Assembly: GCA_036652795.1 (NCBI GenBank)
Contig: JAVVVD010000004.1
Location: 46,842 to 110,841 of the forward strand
Source of the DNA: Clostridia bacterium
GTDB taxonomy: Bacteria > Bacillota > Clostridia > Christensenellales > CAG-138
DNA: 64,000 nt
Direction: 5' to 3'
A program made the position numbers and the translations under genes. A model generated the notes under the pieces. The model was not told where the DNA came from and did not search any database. It was given only the letters and a program-made list of their open reading frames with translations. Position 1 is the first letter of the stretch, and each line of letters starts with the position of its first letter. Positions 63,859 through 64,000 of the stretch are shown here, piece after piece.

Positions 63859-64000
63859 TTATATTGTCAACTCACCCATAAATACGAACTCCGCCGGGCC
63901 TGTCATGGATACCCTGTTATCCTCCGCCCATACTATATCAAGCGTACCCAGCTCCAGCTCCACACGCACGCTGCGGGATGTAAGTCCCGCCGCCGCGCAG
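63859..64000 (-). CDS. dapF: Diaminopimelate epimerase, C-terminal fragment (gene continues beyond the window)
   Basis: Translation ...VRVELELGTLDIVWAEDNRVSMTGPAEFVFMGELTI* matches the conserved DapF C-terminus (mtGpA..vf.G). Confidence 0.7.
   Translation of the reverse strand, partial: CAAAGLTSRSVRVELELGTLDIVWAEDNRVSMTGPAEFVFMGELTI

Noticed and set aside
1-64000. Scan for CRISPR arrays, rRNA, IS elements, integrases and known defence genes
   Set aside because: I saw no regularly spaced direct repeats, no rRNA-like sequence, and no transposase, recombinase, restriction, Cas or abortive-infection-like ORFs. The only repeats are short intragenic low-complexity tracts.

Overview
The window looks like chromosomal DNA from a spore-forming Firmicute of the class Clostridia. 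The taxonomic call is inference only; it rests on spoIID, the dnaB/dnaI helicase-loader pair, CIRCE and AGGAGG-type RBSs. Coding density is high. I saw no rRNA, CRISPR array, transposase, integrase or recognisable defence genes. The housekeeping backbone includes serS, argS, trkAH with a KdpDE-type two-component system, an nfeD-floA operon, spoIID, tdh-kbl, dnaB/dnaI, four tRNAs and the 3' end of dapF. Lower-GC accessory blocks interrupt this backbone. The best candidate for an undescribed system is 25.27-28.35 kb. There, a GT4 glycosyltransferase is flanked by two signal-peptide-less proteins that share a strongly conserved, Cys-terminated helical module. One of the two also carries a choice-of-anchor-A-like head and a poly-Thr/His-Thr stalk. 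I read this as a glycosylated spore-surface or appendage module, and that is a hypothesis. Other items worth a second look:
- a single-chain triple RidA fusion
- a Trk K+ uptake operon that carries a KdpDE-type system but no kdpFABC
- an ECF sigma factor with two paralogous RsgI-like membrane proteins that end in hyper-acidic tails
- an MMPL transporter whose first TM helix has no canonical start codon, paired with a YhgE/Pip-like heptad-repeat protein
- a 1006-aa HExxH lipoprotein with zinc-ribbon-like Cys clusters, next to a LytTR two-component system
- a perfect CIRCE operator beside hsp20
All family assignments come from motif recognition by eye. No database search was run.
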